From positions 1,608 to 65,607 of the forward strand of contig WFRI01000090.1 in the NCBI GenBank assembly GCA_015486615.1: a stretch of 64,000 bases of DNA, read 5' to 3'. Positions 30,199 through 41,138 of this stretch are shown piece by piece (positions within the stretch are counted from its first letter, which is position 1; each line of letters starts with the position of its first letter). The translations under genes were made by a program, and so were the position numbers. The notes under the pieces were generated by a model that had not been told where the DNA came from, did not search any database, and was given only the letters and a program-made list of their open reading frames with translations. The DNA is from Candidatus Omnitrophota bacterium (lineage in GTDB: Bacteria > Omnitrophota > Gorgyraeia > Duberdicusellales > Duberdicusellaceae).

Positions 30199-32643
30199 AT
30201 GATTCAAAATAACAATTTACCCCAAAATATTGTCCCGCGGTATTTAGAAGAGGAGATGAAAGCCTCTTATATCACTTACGCTATGAGTGTAATTGTCGGA
30301 AGGGCTTTGCCGGATATTCGTGACGGCTTAAAGCCGGTGCATCGCAGGATTCTCTATGTAATGGACCAGTTGCATTTAAAGCATAACCAGCCGTTTAAAA
30401 AAAGTGCAAGGATTGTTGGTGAGTGCTTAGGTAAATACCATCCTCACGGAGACAGCGCGGTATACGATGCCTTGGTGCGTATGGCGCAGGAATTTTCTTT
30501 AAGGTATCCTTTGATAGACGGTCAGGGAAATTTTGGTTCCATAGACGGTGATTCTCCTGCTGCTATGCGTTATACAGAAGCCCGCTTAGCGTATATTGCC
30601 GAGACAATGCTTGCGGATTTAGACAAAGATACTGTAGATTTTGTCCCTAATTTTGACAATTCTCTAAAGGAGCCAGTTGTTTTGCCGGCAGTCCTGCCCA
30701 ATCTTTTAATTAATGGTGCATCGGGAATTGCCGTGGGGATGGCTACAAACATTCCCCCGCATAATTTAGGCGAGATCTGCGATGCTATTTGTTATGTAGT
30801 TGACAATCCTGAATGCCCGATTAAAGACTTGAAAAAATTCATCAAAGGCCCGGATTTTCCCACTGCCGGGGTTATTTGCGGGAAAAAAGAAATTCTGCGT
30901 TATTTTGAAGAGGGCCGCGGCAGGCTGACTGTGCGGGCTAAGGCTGTAATTGAGCAGGATAAAACCCGCAGTTATATTGTTATTACCCAGCTGCCCTATC
31001 AAGTTAATAAGGCTAATCTTTTGGAAACCATAGCCAATCTTATCAGCAGTAAAAAGATAGAAGGGGTTGCGGATTTAAGAGACGAGTCTGACCGGGATGG
31101 ACTAAGGATAGTTATTGATTTAAAACGCGATTCCCAGCCGAAGGTTATATTAAACCAGTTGTATAAACATACTCAGATGGAAATAACTTTTGGCGTGATA
31201 CTTCTGTCTTTAGTGAACAACAAACCAAGGGTGCTGAATTTAAAGCAAATGCTGCAGTATTACATCCAGCACCGCAAGGAAATTATTGTCCGGCGCACCC
31301 GATTTGAGCTGGAAAAAGCCCGCAGAAGGGCGCATATTTTAGAAGGTTTAAAAATTGCCTTAAAGCATTTGGACGAAGTTATAAACACGATAAAGAAATC
31401 CAAGTCTCCGCAGGACGCCAAGGAAAAGCTGATGAGGAAATTTAATCTTTCCGATGTGCAGGCTCAGGCTATTCTGGAAATGCAGTTGCAGCGCCTGACG
31501 GCTTTGGAGAGAGATAAAATAGACGCCGAATACAAAGAACTTCTTAAAAGGATTGCTTACCTGCAGGCTGTTTTAGAATCGGTAAAAAAGCAGAATGAAT
31601 TAATTAAAGAAGAAGTGAGGAATTTAAAGGAAAAATTTGGGGACGAACGCCGCACAGAAATTGTTTCCGAAAAGGAGGAAATAGAAATTGAAGATTTGGT
31701 TGTGGAGGAAAAAGTGGTAATTACTATTTCCGGCCAGGGCTATATTAAACGCCAGCCTTTGTCTTCTTACAGAAAGCAGGCCAGAGGGGGAAGGGGAATT
31801 ACTGCTATGGCAACCAAAGAGGAAGATTTTGTAGAACATTTGTTTGTTTGTTCCAGCAAAGACACGTTGCTTATTTTTACCAATAAAGGCAAGGTTTTTG
31901 GGGTCAAAGCCTATGAAGTTCCTGCAGGCAGCAGGGTGTCTAAAGGCAGAGCCATTGCTAATTTTCTGCATTTTTCTTCCGGAGAAAGGGTGGCGTCTGT
32001 CTTATCTGTCAAAGAATTTACTCCCGGACAGTTTGTGGTTATGACTACAGCCCGGGGTTTAATTAAACGGGTGGATTTGGACGCTTTTTCCAATATAAGA
32101 AGGACCGGGATTATCGGCATTACCTTAGACAGGGAAGATACTTTAATTGGTGTGGCTGGCGGAGAAAGTGAAAACGACGAGGTGCTTTTAAGCGCATCTT
32201 CAGGGAAATGTATCCGCTTCAAAGTTAAAGATGTGCGGTTGATGGGCAGGCAGGCTATGGGAGTAAAAGGCATCGCTATCGGCAAAAAAGATGCGGTATT
32301 GGGAATGGTTTTGATTAATTCTTATATCAGCCGCCAGGATTTTTCCGTTCTTGCTGTAACTGAAAAAGGGTTTGCTAAAAGGACTAAAATAAAGGAATAC
32401 CGCACTCAGTCCCGGGCAGGCAAAGGCGTTATTGGGATTAAAGTTTCCGGCAAAATAGGCAGTGTGGCGGCAGTAGTTTTGGTTACTGAGAACGACGAGG
32501 TGGTGGTTATTACACAAAAAGGTATTCTTATCCGCTGCAAAGCTAATGCTATTCGGCCTTCGGGCAGGAATACTCAGGGAGTGCGGCTTATTAAATTGGG
32601 CAAAGACGATTTAGTCGCTACTGCGGCTCGGGTTGTTGAATAG
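30199..32643 (+). CDS. gyrA: DNA gyrase subunit A
   Basis: 814 aa; catalytic Tyr region (AAMRYTE), GyrA box and beta-pinwheel repeats. Confidence 0.95.
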   Translation: MIQNNNLPQNIVPRYLEEEMKASYITYAMSVIVGRALPDIRDGLKPVHRRILYVMDQLHLKHNQPFKKSARIVGECLGKYHPHGDSAVYDALVRMAQEFSLRYPLIDGQGNFGSIDGDSPAAMRYTEARLAYIAETMLADLDKDTVDFVPNFDNSLKEPVVLPAVLPNLLINGASGIAVGMATNIPPHNLGEICDAICYVVDNPECPIKDLKKFIKGPDFPTAGVICGKKEILRYFEEGRGRLTVRAKAVIEQDKTRSYIVITQLPYQVNKANLLETIANLISSKKIEGVADLRDESDRDGLRIVIDLKRDSQPKVILNQLYKHTQMEITFGVILLSLVNNKPRVLNLKQMLQYYIQHRKEIIVRRTRFELEKARRRAHILEGLKIALKHLDEVINTIKKSKSPQDAKEKLMRKFNLSDVQAQAILEMQLQRLTALERDKIDAEYKELLKRIAYLQAVLESVKKQNELIKEEVRNLKEKFGDERRTEIVSEKEEIEIEDLVVEEKVVITISGQGYIKRQPLSSYRKQARGGRGITAMATKEEDFVEHLFVCSSKDTLLIFTNKGKVFGVKAYEVPAGSRVSKGRAIANFLHFSSGERVASVLSVKEFTPGQFVVMTTARGLIKRVDLDAFSNIRRTGIIGITLDREDTLIGVAGGESENDEVLLSASSGKCIRFKVKDVRLMGRQAMGVKGIAIGKKDAVLGMVLINSYISRQDFSVLAVTEKGFAKRTKIKEYRTQSRAGKGVIGIKVSGKIGSVAAVVLVTENDEVVVITQKGILIRCKANAIRPSGRNTQGVRLIKLGKDDLVATAARVVE

Positions 32644-33142
32644 GATGCAGGGTAATCAAGATAGAGAAAATTCCTCTTTTGGCCGGCAGAAAGGTTCCGG
32701 CCGGCCTTTTATCCAGCCGTCAGACCTGCCTGGCAGGTTAAAAGCAATCAGTATAGTAAATATCGTCTTAGGACTTTTGGGAATAGCATCTTCTTTGGGG
32801 GTTTTTATGGACCCCAAAATAAAAAAAGGCTTGCTGAAACAGTTGAGCGGGCATTTTTCCCGGCCACAAGTCCCTGCTGAAAAAATTATTTTAGCCTTGG
32901 CCTGGACAAATTTAATTTTCTTTGGCCTGCTTTTGGTTGTAGCCGCGGGCATATTATTAAAAAGAGAAATTTTTCGCAAAATCGGGGTGTATTACGCTTT
33001 AATCGCAGCCGTGCTTACCGGATTTGGAATTTCCAGTGCGGTTTCGTCTGTGGACAGGGTTTTTAATCTGTTGTTTTTCATCTGGCTGGTATATATGTTT
33101 TTTACTTTTACCCGTTCGGATTTAAACAAAGTGTTTAAGTAG
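32633..33142 (+). CDS. Hypothetical small membrane protein (about 4 TM)
   Basis: Hydrophobic segments and a compact ORF between gyrA and glmS; no recognised motif. Confidence 0.3.
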   Translation: MLNRMQGNQDRENSSFGRQKGSGRPFIQPSDLPGRLKAISIVNIVLGLLGIASSLGVFMDPKIKKGLLKQLSGHFSRPQVPAEKIILALAWTNLIFFGLLLVVAAGILLKREIFRKIGVYYALIAAVLTGFGISSAVSSVDRVFNLLFFIWLVYMFFTFTRSDLNKVFK

Positions 33143-33146
33143 AGTT

Positions 33147-34979
33147 ATGTGCGGGATTTTTGGCTATACAGGGAAAAGAAAACCCGCAGGGATTTTACTG
33201 GAAGGCCTGAAAAAGTTAGAATATAGAGGCTATGATTCCTGCGGCATAGCGCTGAATACAGGGCAGAGGCTGGCGGTTTTTAAAACAAAAGGCCCTGTAT
33301 CTAAGTTAGCCGGCATTTTGCGAGACAGGAAAATTCCGGCTTGCTGCTGTGGCATAGCCCATACCCGCTGGGCTACTCATGGCACTCCCACCCGAATAAA
33401 TGCTCATCCTCATCTGGACTGCTGGAAAAAACTTGCCTTGGTGCATAATGGAATTATTGAGAACTTTGCCGGGATTAAAAAGAAGATTGCTTCGGAGCAT
33501 AAAATAAAATCGTCCACGGATACAGAGATAATAGCCCACTTAATAGGAGGTTTTTTAAGAAAAGGCCTCAGCAAAAAACGCGCAATATTAAAAACAGCGG
33601 CTGTGCTAAGGGGCAGTTTTGCTTTAGGTATTTTATTTTCAGATGAGCCCGGGGTTATTTGGGGAGTTAAAAAAGAGTCGCCTTTAATGGCGGGATTGGG
33701 CCGGGGCGAATGCTTTTTGTCGTCGGATTCTGTAGCAATGCTTTCCTGGACCAAAAAAGCGGTTTACTTGAAAGACGAAGAAGTAGCGAGAATAAATCCA
33801 CAGGGCATAGAGGTATTTTCTTTTAGAGGCAAAAAAGTTTTTCCTCAGCCGGTTGTAATTAAACAAGAGGCTTTTTCTACAGAAAAAGGCAGGTTCCAGC
33901 ATTTTATGCTGAAAGAGATATTCGAACAGCCGAAAGTCTCAGCGGGGATTCTTTCCCGATATGCCGGCAGGTCAGAGGTTTGGTTTGGAAAGGGGTTTTT
34001 AAGCAGGCAGGCAGCAAATAAAATCCGGCGGATATTTATTGTTGCCTGCGGGACTGCTTACCATGCGGGGTTTAGCAGCAAGTACCTTTTTGAAAGAATT
34101 AAAGGTTTGTCTGTAGAAGCAGACGTATCTTCGGAATTCAGGTACAGGAAGGTTGATTTTAACAGAAATGATTTGGTTATTGCGATATCCCAGTCTGGGG
34201 AAACCGCTGATACTTTGGCTGCGGTTAATTTTGCCAAACAGCAGGGATGCAGAATTTTGGCAGTATGCAATGTTGAGAATTCTGCTTTGACCCGTGCAGC
34301 GGATTTTGTGGTTTATACGCTTGCAGGTCCTGAGATTGGCGTGGCTTCTACCAAGGCGTTTACTGCCCAGATGTTTTGCCTTTACCTTATATATTTATAC
34401 ATTGCCCGGGCAAGGGGCAGTATTGTTAAAGAGCAGGAAACTGTTTTTTTGGCAAAGGCAAAAAAGATCCCGCTTTTGCAGAATAAGATTTTAACCCAAA
34501 GTTTAAATCAGGTGCGTTCTATTGCCCGCCAATTTTCCCAATATGGGTGTTTTTTATTTCTTGGCAGGGGTATAAATTTCCCGCTGGCTTTGGAGGGGGC
34601 ATTGAAGTTAAAGGAGATTTCCTATATTCCGGCTGAAGGGTATGCTGCAGGGGAGATGAAGCACGGGCCTATTGCTTTAATAGACGAATATAGAGCAGTT
34701 GTCTGCCTTCTATCTTCGGACAGCCTGTTTGAAAAAATGGTTTCTAATATGCAGGAGATAAAAGCGAGAAAAGGCAAGGTTCTGGCTATAACTGACAGGC
34801 CTTCCGCTGTGCCTAAAGGTTTGGCTGACAAAGTTATTGCTTTGCCAAAAATAAGCCCGGAATTTTTTCCTTTGTTGGCGTCTCTGCCTTTGCAGTTGTT
34901 TGCTTATTTTGTGGCAAAAAATTTAGGCAGGGCAATAGACAAACCCCGCAATTTAGCCAAGTCAGTTACAGTAGAGTAA
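33147..34979 (+). CDS. glmS: Glutamine--fructose-6-phosphate aminotransferase
   Basis: MCGIFGY N-terminal nucleophile and two SIS domains; 610 aa. Confidence 0.95.
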   Translation: MCGIFGYTGKRKPAGILLEGLKKLEYRGYDSCGIALNTGQRLAVFKTKGPVSKLAGILRDRKIPACCCGIAHTRWATHGTPTRINAHPHLDCWKKLALVHNGIIENFAGIKKKIASEHKIKSSTDTEIIAHLIGGFLRKGLSKKRAILKTAAVLRGSFALGILFSDEPGVIWGVKKESPLMAGLGRGECFLSSDSVAMLSWTKKAVYLKDEEVARINPQGIEVFSFRGKKVFPQPVVIKQEAFSTEKGRFQHFMLKEIFEQPKVSAGILSRYAGRSEVWFGKGFLSRQAANKIRRIFIVACGTAYHAGFSSKYLFERIKGLSVEADVSSEFRYRKVDFNRNDLVIAISQSGETADTLAAVNFAKQQGCRILAVCNVENSALTRAADFVVYTLAGPEIGVASTKAFTAQMFCLYLIYLYIARARGSIVKEQETVFLAKAKKIPLLQNKILTQSLNQVRSIARQFSQYGCFLFLGRGINFPLALEGALKLKEISYIPAEGYAAGEMKHGPIALIDEYRAVVCLLSSDSLFEKMVSNMQEIKARKGKVLAITDRPSAVPKGLADKVIALPKISPEFFPLLASLPLQLFAYFVAKNLGRAIDKPRNLAKSVTVE

Positions 34980-35653
34980 TGTTATATATTCTTTCTACGC
35001 CTATCGGCAACTTAAAGGATATTAGTTTGCGGGCAGTAGAAGTTCTGCAAAAGGCAGATTTTATTCTGGCTGAGGATACCCGCAAGGCTAAATTTCTTCT
35101 CAAGAGAATTTCTGCCCGTCCCAGGCAAATAATTAGTTTTTACGAATATAACGAAGAAAGAAAAATCCCCCAAGTAATTGCTTTGCTAAAGCAGGGGCTA
35201 AAAGGGGCTTTGATTTCTTCAGCAGGCACTCCTCTTATTTCTGACCCGGGGTATAAATTAACCCGGCGGTGCATAGAAGAAGACTTGGAGGTTTTTAGCC
35301 TGCCCGGGCCTTCAGCAGTAATCTCCAGTTTGGTAGTTTCGGGCCTGCCCCCGGATAAATTTATGTTTTTGGGTTTTTTACCCCGCAGGCCAGGGAAGAG
35401 AAAGCAGGCATTGTCGCAAGTCAAGAATTTGCCGGCTACTTTGATTATTTTTGAATCTCCTTTACGGGTAAAAAAAACATTGGAAGATGTGCGGGAAATC
35501 TTAGGCCGGCGCCAGGTGGTTATTGTCCGGGAGCAGACCAAAGTTTTTGAAGAGAAAATACGAGGCAGTACAGAAGAAGTCTTGCGCCAAATTCCCGATA
35601 AAGGCCTGAAAGGGGAAGTGACATTGGTAGTTGCCGGCAGGCCGGATTCTTAA
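34979..35653 (+). CDS. rsmI: 16S rRNA (cytidine1402-2'-O)-methyltransferase
   Basis: MLYILSTPIGNLKDIS tetrapyrrole-methylase-like N-terminus; 224 aa. Confidence 0.8.
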   Translation: MLYILSTPIGNLKDISLRAVEVLQKADFILAEDTRKAKFLLKRISARPRQIISFYEYNEERKIPQVIALLKQGLKGALISSAGTPLISDPGYKLTRRCIEEDLEVFSLPGPSAVISSLVVSGLPPDKFMFLGFLPRRPGKRKQALSQVKNLPATLIIFESPLRVKKTLEDVREILGRRQVVIVREQTKVFEEKIRGSTEEVLRQIPDKGLKGEVTLVVAGRPDS

Positions 35654-35844
35654 ATATTTTATTCGGGATTCCTAAAAGTGAAGGATAGAACAATCTACGG
35701 TATAAGAGGACAGAAGTATTGTAAATACAGCAGTTATCTGAATAAACTGTGAAATTTGTGGATTAACTGTCCTGCGGCCAGTGTCTTTTATAAGGGCATA
35801 CAAATATTGTTGCAAACGGGGAGATTTTTGTTATATTTTTATCT

Positions 35845-37350
35845 ATGGATAAAACATTAATATCCGTTCATCACCGTCCCCAATGGAGGACTCATATTGG
35901 ATTTCTCTTAGCCACTATTGGCTCGGCTGTAGGCTTGGGCAATATTTGGCGGTTTCCTTACCTTTGTTATCAAAACGGCGGCGGGGCTTTTCTTATTCCT
36001 TATTTAATAGCCTTATTGCTTATTGGAATTCCTCTGATGATTTTGGAAATCGGGTTAGGCCATAAAGTCAGAGGGTCTGCGCCTGCGAGTTTTGCCAGTA
36101 TCAACAAGCATTGGGAATGGCTTGGCTGGTGGCAGGTTATTTTTGTGATGTTTGGCATAGTCCTTTATTATTCAGTAATTATATCCTGGTGTCTGAACTA
36201 TTTAGTTTTTTCCTTTAATCTTTCCTGGGGGGCTAACCCCGGGGATTTCTTCTTTAAACAGTTTCTGCATAAAAGCGCCCGGCCTTTTCCTTTAGGCAAT
36301 ATCCGCACCCAGGTTCTTTTTGCATTAGGAGCGGTTTGGTTTTTGAACTGGATTATTGTATTCAGGGGGGTTGAGAAGGGCCTGGAGAAGGCAAACAAGA
36401 TTTTTATGCCGCTGTTGTTTCTGCTTACTTTAATTATCACTATTTGGAGCCTTTTCCTGCCAGGGGCCAAACAAGGCATTCTGGTATATGTCAGGCCGGA
36501 TTTTTTTAAGTTAAAGGATATTACAGTCTGGATTGCGGCTTTTTCTCAAATATTCTTTACTTTAAGTTTGGGTTTTGGAATTATTATTGCTTATGCGTCT
36601 TACCTGCCCCGCAAAAGCGCGATAGTAAAGGACGCAATAGCGGTTAGTTTTGCCAACAGCCTGTTTTCCATAATTGCCGGCTTTGGAGTCTTTGCGGTTT
36701 TAGGGTATATGTCTTATACTACAGGCAGGCCTATTAATCAGGTAGTTGACAAGGCTATTGGTTTGTCCTTTGTAGTATATCCTAAGGCTATAAGCATGCT
36801 GCCGGCGTTATCACAGGTTTTTGGAGTTATATTCTTTGGTATTTTATTTATTGCCGGGCTTTCTTCGTCTATTTCCATTATTGAGGCTTTTACTTCAGGG
36901 ATAGTGGATAAATTTGGATATTCGCGCAGAAGCGTAGTGTCTTATCTGTGCGTGGCAGGATTTTTGGGCAGTTTAATTTTTGCTACAGAAGCGGGGTTGG
37001 TTCTACTGGACATAGTTGACCATTTTTTAACTCAATACGGCCTGGTGATTGGTGCGATTTTGGAATGTATACTTTTAGGCTGGGTTTATAAGCCTAAGAT
37101 GTTACGCGGCCATATTAACAGCGCTTCTCATTTACATCTTCCTCGATGGTGGGATTTTCTGATTAAGGTAGTTGCCCCGGGAGTTTTAATTGTGCTTTTG
37201 TCCCGGGCTTTAATTCAGGAGTTCTCTTCTCCTTACCAAAATTATCCTGCCGTGGCTTTGATTCTTGTTGGCCGGGATTGGCTTGTTTATACCCTGTTTG
37301 CTGCTTTTATTGTTGCTTCCCGGCCCTGGCAGAGAAAATTGTCCATTTAA
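35845..37350 (+). CDS. Sodium-dependent transporter, SNF/NSS family
   Basis: GNIWRFPYLCYQNGGGAFLIPY signature; 12 TM. Confidence 0.85.
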   Translation: MDKTLISVHHRPQWRTHIGFLLATIGSAVGLGNIWRFPYLCYQNGGGAFLIPYLIALLLIGIPLMILEIGLGHKVRGSAPASFASINKHWEWLGWWQVIFVMFGIVLYYSVIISWCLNYLVFSFNLSWGANPGDFFFKQFLHKSARPFPLGNIRTQVLFALGAVWFLNWIIVFRGVEKGLEKANKIFMPLLFLLTLIITIWSLFLPGAKQGILVYVRPDFFKLKDITVWIAAFSQIFFTLSLGFGIIIAYASYLPRKSAIVKDAIAVSFANSLFSIIAGFGVFAVLGYMSYTTGRPINQVVDKAIGLSFVVYPKAISMLPALSQVFGVIFFGILFIAGLSSSISIIEAFTSGIVDKFGYSRRSVVSYLCVAGFLGSLIFATEAGLVLLDIVDHFLTQYGLVIGAILECILLGWVYKPKMLRGHINSASHLHLPRWWDFLIKVVAPGVLIVLLSRALIQEFSSPYQNYPAVALILVGRDWLVYTLFAAFIVASRPWQRKLSI

Positions 37351-37357
37351 CTTCTTG

Positions 37358-38830
37358 ATGAAACCAGCCAGCCGGCAGATTGTTAAATTAATTCGCAGAG
37401 AGTATAGGAAGAATCCGGGTTTTGGCTGCAGGCTTTTGTCTAAAACCGTTCAGGAAAAATACGGACTCTCAATTTCCAAAAGTTCTGTCCAGCGCATTCT
37501 AACAAAGCAGGGAGTTTCTTTATCCGCGGGCAGAAAGGAGAAAATACTTTTGCTTTCCCGCAGGGACAAACAATACGCGGGGTTAATTTTTCTAAAGGCT
37601 GCCTGGGATTTAATCGGAATAGACAATATATGCCGGCAGGCCCGCAGGCGGTTTGGAGTGAATGCCATACGTGCAAAAAAAACAATTCTATACTATTTTT
37701 TAACAGATATTGCCGGGATTAGAGATTTTGACAATCCGGATCTCCAGGATATTCTCAGGGAATTTTTTGCCTTGCCTTCAAAATCAAGATTGCCGGGCAA
37801 GCCCCCGGGTACAGATATAGAAATAGGTATTCCGCATTATGCGATTGAGCCAATGCCGGCTTACAAAATCACTTTTGCCAATGGCTTTTATTTTTACCTG
37901 GATCCTTATTTTAAAAGTTTGTGGGGCAGTTATGACAGTATTCCCTGGCAATATGTTTGTTTTTCCCCGGCAGTGCAAACATACTGGCAGCAGATATTTA
38001 CCCGCGGCAGTTTGCCTGTGCTGAGCCTGCCTTGTTTTGGTAATGTTTCTGCTCTTGTTTTCCGCGTTTTGGAAGGTTTTAGCAAAAGCAGGATTTTAAA
38101 AATAGAAGGTATATCCCGGGACGGCAGAGTTGTAGAAGAAATTAAACCTTTGGGCTTAATTTCAGAGATATCTATAGGTTATCATCCCAGACAGATTCAG
38201 ACAGAGCATAAGAGGAAATTAAGCACTGCAAGCCTGCGGTTTGCCGGCAGGCAGATAAAAGTTGTTTTATTCACAGCAAAAATATCTTTAAACAAATCTT
38301 ATTTAGAACTGCCCCTTGTTGATATTTTTGACAGAGAGGGCAGCCTTTTGTGGAAGGTGATTTTTTCCGGTTCGGCCATATTAAAAGATTTACCTTCAGC
38401 CGTCAAAGAGTATCTATTGCGGCATATAAATCCGCAGTCAGGGTTAAATGCCCACTGGAAGGTTTTAGAAAGAGCCAGTTTTAGCGAAGACTCTATTGGT
38501 TTCGTGCGGCAGTATTTCAAGATTAAACAACAGCGCTTTATGTCTGTTCCCAGCCTGATTAGGTTATTAGAACTTGTCTTGATTAATAAATTCGGCCTGA
38601 CCGGTGCAGACTTAAAAACAATCCTGGTTTTGCCCGGCGATGTATTTAGATTGGGAGGCTTTTACAAAAAAATTGTTTTTCCTGAGAGCAGCAAAGTAAG
38701 GCCGGTTATAGAGATTTTTAACCAAATGCCGATTTTTTACTGTGGCAAAAGAGTGATTTTATCCCTTGGCCGGCAGGCGTTTCAGGAAAACGTTTTCATG
38801 GCCAAAAAGGAAAAGGCACATAAGGCTTGA
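37358..38830 (+). CDS. Hypothetical protein with an N-terminal helix-turn-helix-like segment
   Basis: IVKLIRREYRKNPGFGCRLLSKTVQEKYGLSISKSSVQRILTKQG looks like a transposase or regulator HTH. The remaining roughly 430 aa have no recognised motif. The start is trimmed because the upstream frame overlaps the NSS transporter. Confidence 0.3.
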   Translation: MKPASRQIVKLIRREYRKNPGFGCRLLSKTVQEKYGLSISKSSVQRILTKQGVSLSAGRKEKILLLSRRDKQYAGLIFLKAAWDLIGIDNICRQARRRFGVNAIRAKKTILYYFLTDIAGIRDFDNPDLQDILREFFALPSKSRLPGKPPGTDIEIGIPHYAIEPMPAYKITFANGFYFYLDPYFKSLWGSYDSIPWQYVCFSPAVQTYWQQIFTRGSLPVLSLPCFGNVSALVFRVLEGFSKSRILKIEGISRDGRVVEEIKPLGLISEISIGYHPRQIQTEHKRKLSTASLRFAGRQIKVVLFTAKISLNKSYLELPLVDIFDREGSLLWKVIFSGSAILKDLPSAVKEYLLRHINPQSGLNAHWKVLERASFSEDSIGFVRQYFKIKQQRFMSVPSLIRLLELVLINKFGLTGADLKTILVLPGDVFRLGGFYKKIVFPESSKVRPVIEIFNQMPIFYCGKRVILSLGRQAFQENVFMAKKEKAHKA

Positions 38831-38929
38831 AACTCTGCATACGAATGTGATATAGTTTATATGGATTAATTGTCTAAGGGAGGCAGATAATAATCAACAC
38901 AAACACGGCGTGTTGGGAAAGCTAAGAAT

Positions 38930-39085
38930 ATGTGCAGGAATATTAAAAGCCAGGTGTTTTTAGAGTATGTTGTAATATTTGCCGCTTTTATTTTGGCTGT
39001 GCTGGCGGCAGGCAATTTTTTAGGGAAGGTTCATAAAGGGTTTAATACCGGCTTTAACGAAGCAGTAGAGGAAATCTTATGGTAG
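38930..39085 (+). CDS. Flp-family prepilin, 51 aa (candidate major pilin)
   Basis: MCRNIKSQVFLEYVVIFAAFILAVLAAGNFLGKVHKGF: a class-III-signal-like N-terminus (SQVFLEY) plus a hydrophobic helix. It is missing from the ORF track. Its stop overlaps the next paralog's start. Confidence 0.5.
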   Translation: MCRNIKSQVFLEYVVIFAAFILAVLAAGNFLGKVHKGFNTGFNEAVEEILW

Positions 39086-39432
39086 GGGAAAAAGCCCAAA
39101 GTTTTTTAGAATACGCTTTTTTGTGGGCGATAATTGCTGTTGCTTTGTCAGGAATGTGGATATATATGCGCAACAGTGTTACGGCTAAGGCTGAAGATAT
39201 GCGCCAGGATGTTGATTTGAGTTTTCGCAGTCATGAGGAAACCACGCCTTTTGGGTATGAGCATGCTGACGCCAATGTTGTTAATTGGCAGGAAGTTGTT
39301 AATAACGTGAATAGAAATATACTCAGCCGGTATGAGGGCAGGATTGATTCTCTGCCGCCGGGTATAGATATAGATAGTTTTCATAACATAATGGACAATA
39401 GTATTTCGGTTGATTCCGAAGATAAGAATTAA
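39079..39432 (+). CDS. Flp-family prepilin paralog (117 aa) with a C-terminal extension
   Basis: MVGEKAQSFLEYAFLWAIIAVALSG..YMRNSVTAKAEDM core shared with the other paralogs. Confidence 0.7.
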   Translation: MVGEKAQSFLEYAFLWAIIAVALSGMWIYMRNSVTAKAEDMRQDVDLSFRSHEETTPFGYEHADANVVNWQEVVNNVNRNILSRYEGRIDSLPPGIDIDSFHNIMDNSISVDSEDKN

Positions 39433-39454
39433 GAAGTTAAGAGGCGGACTAATT

Positions 39455-39841
39455 ATGGCAGACAGAAAAGCCCAGAGTTTTTTGGAGTATGTAGCAGTGG
39501 TTATGGTTACTAGCCTTGCTTTGTCGGCAATGAGTCTTTATTTTAACCGGGCAATAAATTCTGTTTCCAGAGAGCAGTTAGAAATGCGCAGCGAGAATTT
39601 AAGGGACAAATCCAATGTAGTCCCTGCTATTTCGCTTCCCCGGCAAGATAATAATACCGGTGATATAGACAGCCTAAAGCAGAGAGTAGATGAGTTGTTT
39701 AGGGTGGTTGACAATAACAGGAAACAGGTTGAGGCGGAATTCGCCCCGGAAAATCTTGTGAATTTACAAACGGACCAGGCAGGCGCTACGGAAAACTTTT
39801 TTAAAACAACCGGCAGCGCCGTTGTTAACAATGAGGACTAA
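39455..39841 (+). CDS. Flp-family prepilin paralog (about 128 aa)
   Basis: MADRKAQSFLEYVAVVMVTSLALSAMSLYFNRAINS; SD GAGGCGG lies upstream of this ATG. The track's longer N-terminus is probably spurious. Confidence 0.7.
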   Translation: MADRKAQSFLEYVAVVMVTSLALSAMSLYFNRAINSVSREQLEMRSENLRDKSNVVPAISLPRQDNNTGDIDSLKQRVDELFRVVDNNRKQVEAEFAPENLVNLQTDQAGATENFFKTTGSAVVNNED

Positions 39842-39856
39842 CGATAGGAGGTGTTT

Positions 39857-40066
39857 ATGTTTTTGCCTAAAAAAGCCCAGAGCACATTGGAATACACTTT
39901 GATTGTAGCAGCTATTGTAGCGGCAGTAATCGCTGCAGCCGGACATATTCAAACCAAGGTTACTAACAGTATAAATTCAGCAGGCGATACTTTGGAAAAT
40001 GCGGCAAATCATATTAGCGATTTGCTTGATGATATCCCACAGTCGGGGTCGGCACAACAGCAGTAG
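39857..40066 (+). CDS. Flp-family prepilin paralog (about 69 aa)
   Basis: MFLPKKAQSTLEYTLIVAAIVAAVIAAAGHIQTKV; SD AGGAGG lies 5 nt upstream. Confidence 0.75.
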   Translation: MFLPKKAQSTLEYTLIVAAIVAAVIAAAGHIQTKVTNSINSAGDTLENAANHISDLLDDIPQSGSAQQQ

Positions 40067-40106
40067 AATTTAGAGGACGTTGAAATAAAATAAAGGAGGA
40101 GAGAGT

Positions 40107-40448
40107 ATGTTGATAAAAATGAAAAAAGCCCAGTCAACCGCAGAGTATGCTATCCTGTTTTCCGTTGTTTTGGCGGCTTTGGCCGGTATGCAGGTTTATA
40201 TGAAAAGGTCGTTTAACGCCAAGTTAAAAGACTCAGCGGATTTGCTTACTAAAGTGACAGGTTCAGTAGGAGGCGTTCAATTAGGCACGACCAACCAATA
40301 CGAGCCATACTATACTAACCAGCATATTAATACTACCTATACTCAGGATGATACAACTAAGAAATACCAAAACTATGCTGAAAATTATGAGCATACTCAG
40401 CAATATAACGCGAGTTCGTCCTATAGGCAGGAGGGTGTTTCGGAATAA
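40107..40448 (+). CDS. Flp-family prepilin paralog (113 aa) with a Thr/Tyr/Gln/Asn-rich tail
   Basis: MLIKMKKAQSTAEYAILFSVVLAALAGMQVYMKRSFNAKLKDSAD; tail TNQYEPYYTNQHINTTYTQDDTTKKYQNY. Confidence 0.75.
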   Translation: MLIKMKKAQSTAEYAILFSVVLAALAGMQVYMKRSFNAKLKDSADLLTKVTGSVGGVQLGTTNQYEPYYTNQHINTTYTQDDTTKKYQNYAENYEHTQQYNASSSYRQEGVSE

Positions 40449-40482
40449 CCTATTTATGGAGTTGTATTCAAAAGGGGGTTTT

Positions 40483-40797
40483 ATGTTCATAAAAATTAAG
40501 AAGGCACAAAGCACATTAGAGTATGCCGGGCTTATAGCGATTGTGATTGCTTCTGTTATTACTATGCAAAGTTTTGTGCGCAACCATATCCAGGGCAAAA
40601 TTAAGAGCAGTGCAGACAATATCAGCGATACAAGTTTTGACCCCGGAAGAACGGATACGGAGCAGAGCACAAATTTACTGGGCGACAAGACAGAATACAG
40701 TTCAGTTGTAAACGGCGTATCGGAAACAAACGCTGCGGACTATCGCTACAAAGAAGAGACCACAGTTAATACTACTTACGACTCCAGTAAGTTTTAA
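40483..40797 (+). CDS. Flp-family prepilin paralog (about 104 aa)
   Basis: MFIKIKKAQSTLEYAGLIAIVIASVITMQSFVRNHIQGKIKSSADN; polar tail. Confidence 0.7.
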   Translation: MFIKIKKAQSTLEYAGLIAIVIASVITMQSFVRNHIQGKIKSSADNISDTSFDPGRTDTEQSTNLLGDKTEYSSVVNGVSETNAADYRYKEETTVNTTYDSSKF

Positions 40798-40832
40798 GAA
40801 AAGCAGTTTCACCAGGCACCGCAGGAGTTAAA

Positions 40833-41120
40833 ATGAAGAATGCTCAGACAAGCATAGAATATGGAGGATTATGGATACTGCTGGCAGGAGTGTTGATTAC
40901 TATGGCCGTTTTTGTGCGCGGTCATATTCAGGCCAGGCAGAAGCAGGAAGGTGAGAAAATCTCCCAATTTTTATATATTCCCGGAAAGACTACAATTAAC
41001 CAGCATACAACAACTATTAGTAATACCAGCAGTCTCTCGGATGATATCCACAGTGAATCTAATTCAAAGGTTGATACAACGAGCTCTTTGGATATGACGA
41101 CGGATGTTAATCCTAAATAG
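40833..41120 (+). CDS. Flp-family prepilin paralog (95 aa)
   Basis: MKNAQTSIEYGGLWILLAGVLITMAVFVRGHIQARQK; Thr/Ser-rich tail. Confidence 0.7.
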   Translation: MKNAQTSIEYGGLWILLAGVLITMAVFVRGHIQARQKQEGEKISQFLYIPGKTTINQHTTTISNTSSLSDDIHSESNSKVDTTSSLDMTTDVNPK

Positions 41121-41138
41121 AAAATAGAATAGGAGGCT

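Noticed and set aside
33100-33146. glmS ribozyme upstream of glmS
   Set aside because: Only 4 nt separate the upstream ORF stop from the glmS ATG, leaving no room for the roughly 150-nt ribozyme.
37265-37357. N-terminal extension of the 37358-38830 protein
   Set aside because: It overlaps the last 86 nt of the NSS transporter. The first in-frame ATG after the transporter stop is used instead.
37358-38830. IS element / DDE transposase
   Set aside because: It has an HTH-like N-terminus only. No DDE triad, terminal inverted repeats or target duplications are visible, so it is reported only as a hypothetical.
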